A stretch of DNA of 63,915 bases, filler included, from Octopus bimaculoides (taxonomy: Eukaryota), in the NCBI RefSeq assembly GCF_001194135.2. It is 5 parts of 5 records of this genome, joined end to end, with 100 filler letters (N's around TTAATTAATTAA, not from the genome) between each part and the next. Parts side by side here need not be neighbours in the genome. Positions count along the whole stretch, not along the records: positions 53,347 to 62,337 come from NC_068998.1; positions 62,438 to 63,915 come from NC_069001.1; 3 more parts are not named here. One strand, 5' to 3'. The notes below the pieces were generated by a model. It made no database searches, was not told where the DNA came from, and saw nothing but the letters and a program-made list of their open reading frames with translations. A program made the translations under genes and the position numbers. Shown here in pieces: positions 60,560 to 63,915 of this stretch (positions within the stretch are counted from its first letter, which is position 1; each line of letters opens with the position of its first letter).

Positions 60560-61734
60560 CGTGTGTATGTGTGTACATATATATGATGTATATATATATG
60601 TACATACATACGTATATATATATATATATGTACATACGTATATATATATATANNNNNNNNNNNNNNNNNNNNNNNNNNNNNNNNNNNNNNNNNNNNNNNN
60701 NNNNNNNNNNNNNNNNNNNNNNNNNNNNNNNNNNNNNNNNNNNNNNNNNNNNNNNNNNNNNNNNNNNNNNNNNNNNNNNNNNNNNNNNNNNNNNNNNNNN
60801 NNNNNNNNNNNNNNNNNNNNNNNNNNNNNNNNNNNNNNNNNNNNNNNNNNNNNNNNNNNNNNNNNNNNNNNNNNNNNNNNNNNNNNNNNNNNNNNNNNNN
60901 NNNNNNNNNNNNNNNNNNNNNNNNNNNNNNNNNNNNNNNNNNNNNNNNNNNNNNNNNNNNNNNNNNNNNNNNNNNNNNNNNNNNNNNNNNNNNNNNNNNN
61001 NNNNNNNNNNNNNNNNNNNNNNNNNNNNNNNNNNNNNNNNNNNNNNNNNNNNNNNNNNNNNNNNNNNNNNNNNNNNNNNNNNNNNNNNNNNNNNNNNNNN
61101 NNNNNNNNNNNNNNNNNNNNNNNNNNNNNNNNNNNNNNNNNNNNNNNNNNNNNNNNNNNNNNNNNNNNNNNNNNNNNNNNNNNNNNNNNNNNNNNNNNNN
61201 NNNNNNNNNNNNNNNNNNNNNNNNNNNNNNNNNNNNNNNNNNNNNNNNNNNNNNNNNNNNNNNNNNNNNNNNNNNNNNNNNNNNNNNNNNNNNNNNNNNN
61301 NNNNNNGTGTGTGTGTGTAACTTATTTTCTCCTTTTCTGTTTATATTTATGAAAGAACTCACGACTGGCAGAATGCGAGAATGCAAGAATGCAAGAATGA
61401 ATCCCCGCCACTTCACCCCAAAGCAACTACATTTTCAATAGATCTTGACTGTAGTTAGAATGCCAGTGTTGACACCGTAGTTTAGCTCTAAGTCAGTCTC
61501 TGATCTAACAAAACTTGACTAACGGCGTTAAATCCATGAACCCCCATGTTTTTTTCTACACAAAACACTACGTTACAACAATGTCCAGGGACTCGGATTG
61601 GATCTGAGGTTTTAGATATTTCAAAAATTCTTAGAGTTTACAGGCGGAATCGTTAGAGCGTTGGACAAAAAGTGAACATGAAATTTACCGACGTAAAAAC
61701 GTGAAAGTAAATTATGATAAAAAGTATGAAAGTG

Positions 61735-62106
61735 ACTATCGATTGAAACCGGAAGGGACGAGTGACATACCAGCTGATATCTGTTCTAACATTTACGTTC
61801 TTAATTCAAATTCCACCGAAGTCAATTTTAACTTCCATCCTTTCAGGAATGATAACCATAAAATACATATCAAATACTGAGGTTGACTGTTCATCTCTGC
61901 CAAATTTCATGCCTTATGTCTATGTAAGACTGGTCACATTGGGAATAATTTTTATCAAGGATCTACCTAAGGTAAGATGACACGGAGCTAAACAACAACT
62001 ACTACTACTCCTACTATTGCTGCTGAATTCGAACTCAGAACGTAAAGACGGACGAAAGGCCGTTAAGCATTTTGTCCGGCGTGCTAACCGTTCTGCCAGC
62101 TTGCCG

Positions 62107-62108
<2 letters not shown>
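61735..62108. mobile_element. Decayed SINE family A (+, 61735-61925) and a minus-strand head fragment (62025-62108)
   Basis: TTCAAATTCCACCGAAGTCAATTTTAACTTCCATCC on the plus strand, and GAACTCAGAACGTAAAGACGGACGAAA...GCCAGCTTGCCGCCT. Confidence 0.75.
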
Positions 62109-62187
<79 letters not shown>

Positions 62188-62337
62188 GCAAGCAGTAAAG
62201 GATAAAATGAATGAAACTGCAGCTAAAGAAGATACTACAGAGGAAATAATTATAAACCAGCCCAAGGCTGATGAAAATACAGTAATAATTGAAAGAGTTA
62301 AGGTAACTGATAGGCAAAATAAAATATTCTCTGAACC

Positions 62338-62437
62338 NNNNNNNNNNNNNNNNNNNNNNNNNNNNNNNNNNNNNNNNNNNNTTAATTAATTAANNNNNNN
62401 NNNNNNNNNNNNNNNNNNNNNNNNNNNNNNNNNNNNN
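62338..62437. other. Assembly linker (100 bp, six-frame stop)
   Basis: Same construct as 26616-26715. Confidence 0.95.
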
Positions 62438-63307
62438 TTATATCAATATTTTTGTCTTTTTATTTTAATTTTTATTTTTATCATTACCATTACTATCACC
62501 ATTACTACCATTATTACCACTACTAATACTATTATTTTTGTTCTTATTCCTATTTTTATATAGTTTTAGGAAGGTGGAGGAAAATTTATGATTGCAAAAA
62601 GGGATTACCTCGATAAACTTATTCAAGGTTTTCGGCCCAAAAGACCTAAGAATGGAAAGGGATTCCCTAATGCATAAGCACTTGCTAATATATATATATA
62701 TATATATATATATACAAACGACGGGCTTCTTTCAGTTTCCATCTACCAAATCCATTCACAAGCACCTATCTGGAGCTTGTCAATTACCCTTCAGATGTTT
62801 GTTACATGCTGAAACGGATATCTTTGCTTCCACATTAAAAGTAAACCGAAAAAAAAAAATCAGTAACTAATAGATTAACTGGTGTTCCGAAAAGATTGTC
62901 AGGCTGTAAAAGATCAGGGAGCGTAAATGAAACAACGATTAAACTGCATTAGACCAAGTGACAAACATGAGCACGGTACTGACAACAATAAAAAGGTGAC
63001 TGGCATCTCTCCTATTCATGAATTGCTGATGTGACAGGATTTGCACGGACACATACCGATACACATACAAATATATATACATACATACACATACATATAT
63101 GCATATTCATATACATGCATTCATACATACATACACACAAACAAACACGCATATATATATAAACACACACATACACATATATGCATCTTGTTTAACGTAT
63201 GCACGCTGTCGATAATCTAATTACTGAGGCAGCTATCTTCTGAAGAAAACTGTTGATGGATGTTGCATGTGAGAGCATGCGAGTGTGTCTCTTTCGATAC
63301 ACATACA

Positions 63308-63343
<36 letters not shown>

Positions 63344-63696
63344 CTGAAAAAAAAAAATTAACACCAAATATACAGTGCGTGTGTTTTTATTGGCTAAACT
63401 GGCAATATGACCATCCCCAAGTACAACAATATATATATATATATATACAGAAAGAGAGAGACAGAGACAAAGAGACAGACACACTGACACACAGATAGAT
63501 ACATATATAAACATGTATAAGAATATAAAGCATCGTTTATTATTGAATATTTATCAGTTTCTATACATAGTAAACAGGTAATTTAATTGCGTCTATTTAA
63601 GTATTAATGTATTTAGTTTGCTGGAATATTAAAATATGTCAAACGGTTTAGAATGTAGGTTACGGAATAACAAAACATACACTCACATACACGCGT

Positions 63697-63744
<48 letters not shown>

Positions 63745-63748
<4 letters not shown>

Positions 63749-63915
63749 AGGGGTTGGACAAAATAATGGAAACACCTAGCATCATAATATTGAAATATCT
63801 ATAAAACCGTCAAAAGCTTGTTTATTTTTATGTTTTTTTTATTTATTAGTGTTATTTAATATGTTTTGCTAAAATTGCTATTTATTTTCAGGTATCATCA
63901 GAAAAAGGTATTTAA
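63745..63915 (+). mobile_element. 5' terminus of a Tc1-like element running off the window
   Basis: TA|CAGGGGTTGGACAAAATAATGGAAACACC directly after a (TG)n array. Confidence 0.65.

Noticed and set aside
62072-62389. 105-aa ORF with poly-Asn
   Set aside because: It starts inside a SINE and crosses (AAT)n. The unique tail (KQAVKDKMNET...) may be a retrotransposon fragment but is too short to assign.
63880-63915. TTTTCAG|GTATCATCAGAAAAAG|GTATTT as a micro-exon
   Set aside because: It lies inside the Tc1-like element's 5' region and is cut off by the window edge.

Overview
Eukaryotic, AT-rich, microsatellite-saturated draft sequence with about 12.4 kb of N gaps (~19%). The SINE families and simple-repeat load look like an octopod cephalopod such as Octopus; this is inferred from recalled repeat families, not verified. 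Most long ORFs in the track are artefacts of N runs and microsatellites. One spliced protein-coding gene is well supported on the minus strand (38523 to 29080). It encodes a signal peptide, a degenerate PAN/apple-like module and an unannotated Trp/Cys-containing extracellular domain, and all splice phases match. Its exon 4 is present twice, inside a ~1.1 kb intron+exon duplication. The distal copy (29240-29080) has a GTAAGT donor. The proximal copy (34255-34095) has a dead ATAAGT donor and reads through to a stop. Each duplicated intron carries a minimal Penelope-type hammerhead-ribozyme motif on the gene's sense strand, and inverted SINE tails bracket exons 3 and 4a. Several other hammerhead-like motifs of different families occur in the window, including one in a ~460-bp-period direct repeat; nearly all are damaged at one element. 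The rest consists of tRNA-derived SINEs, decayed non-LTR fragments (Dong/R4-like in (TAA)n, RTE, L1/Tx1, CR1-like, Penelope), Tc1/mariner and hAT relics including a Tc1-mariner chimera, and four artificial TTAATTAATTAA scaffold linkers. All analysis was done by eye, and repeat boundaries are approximate.
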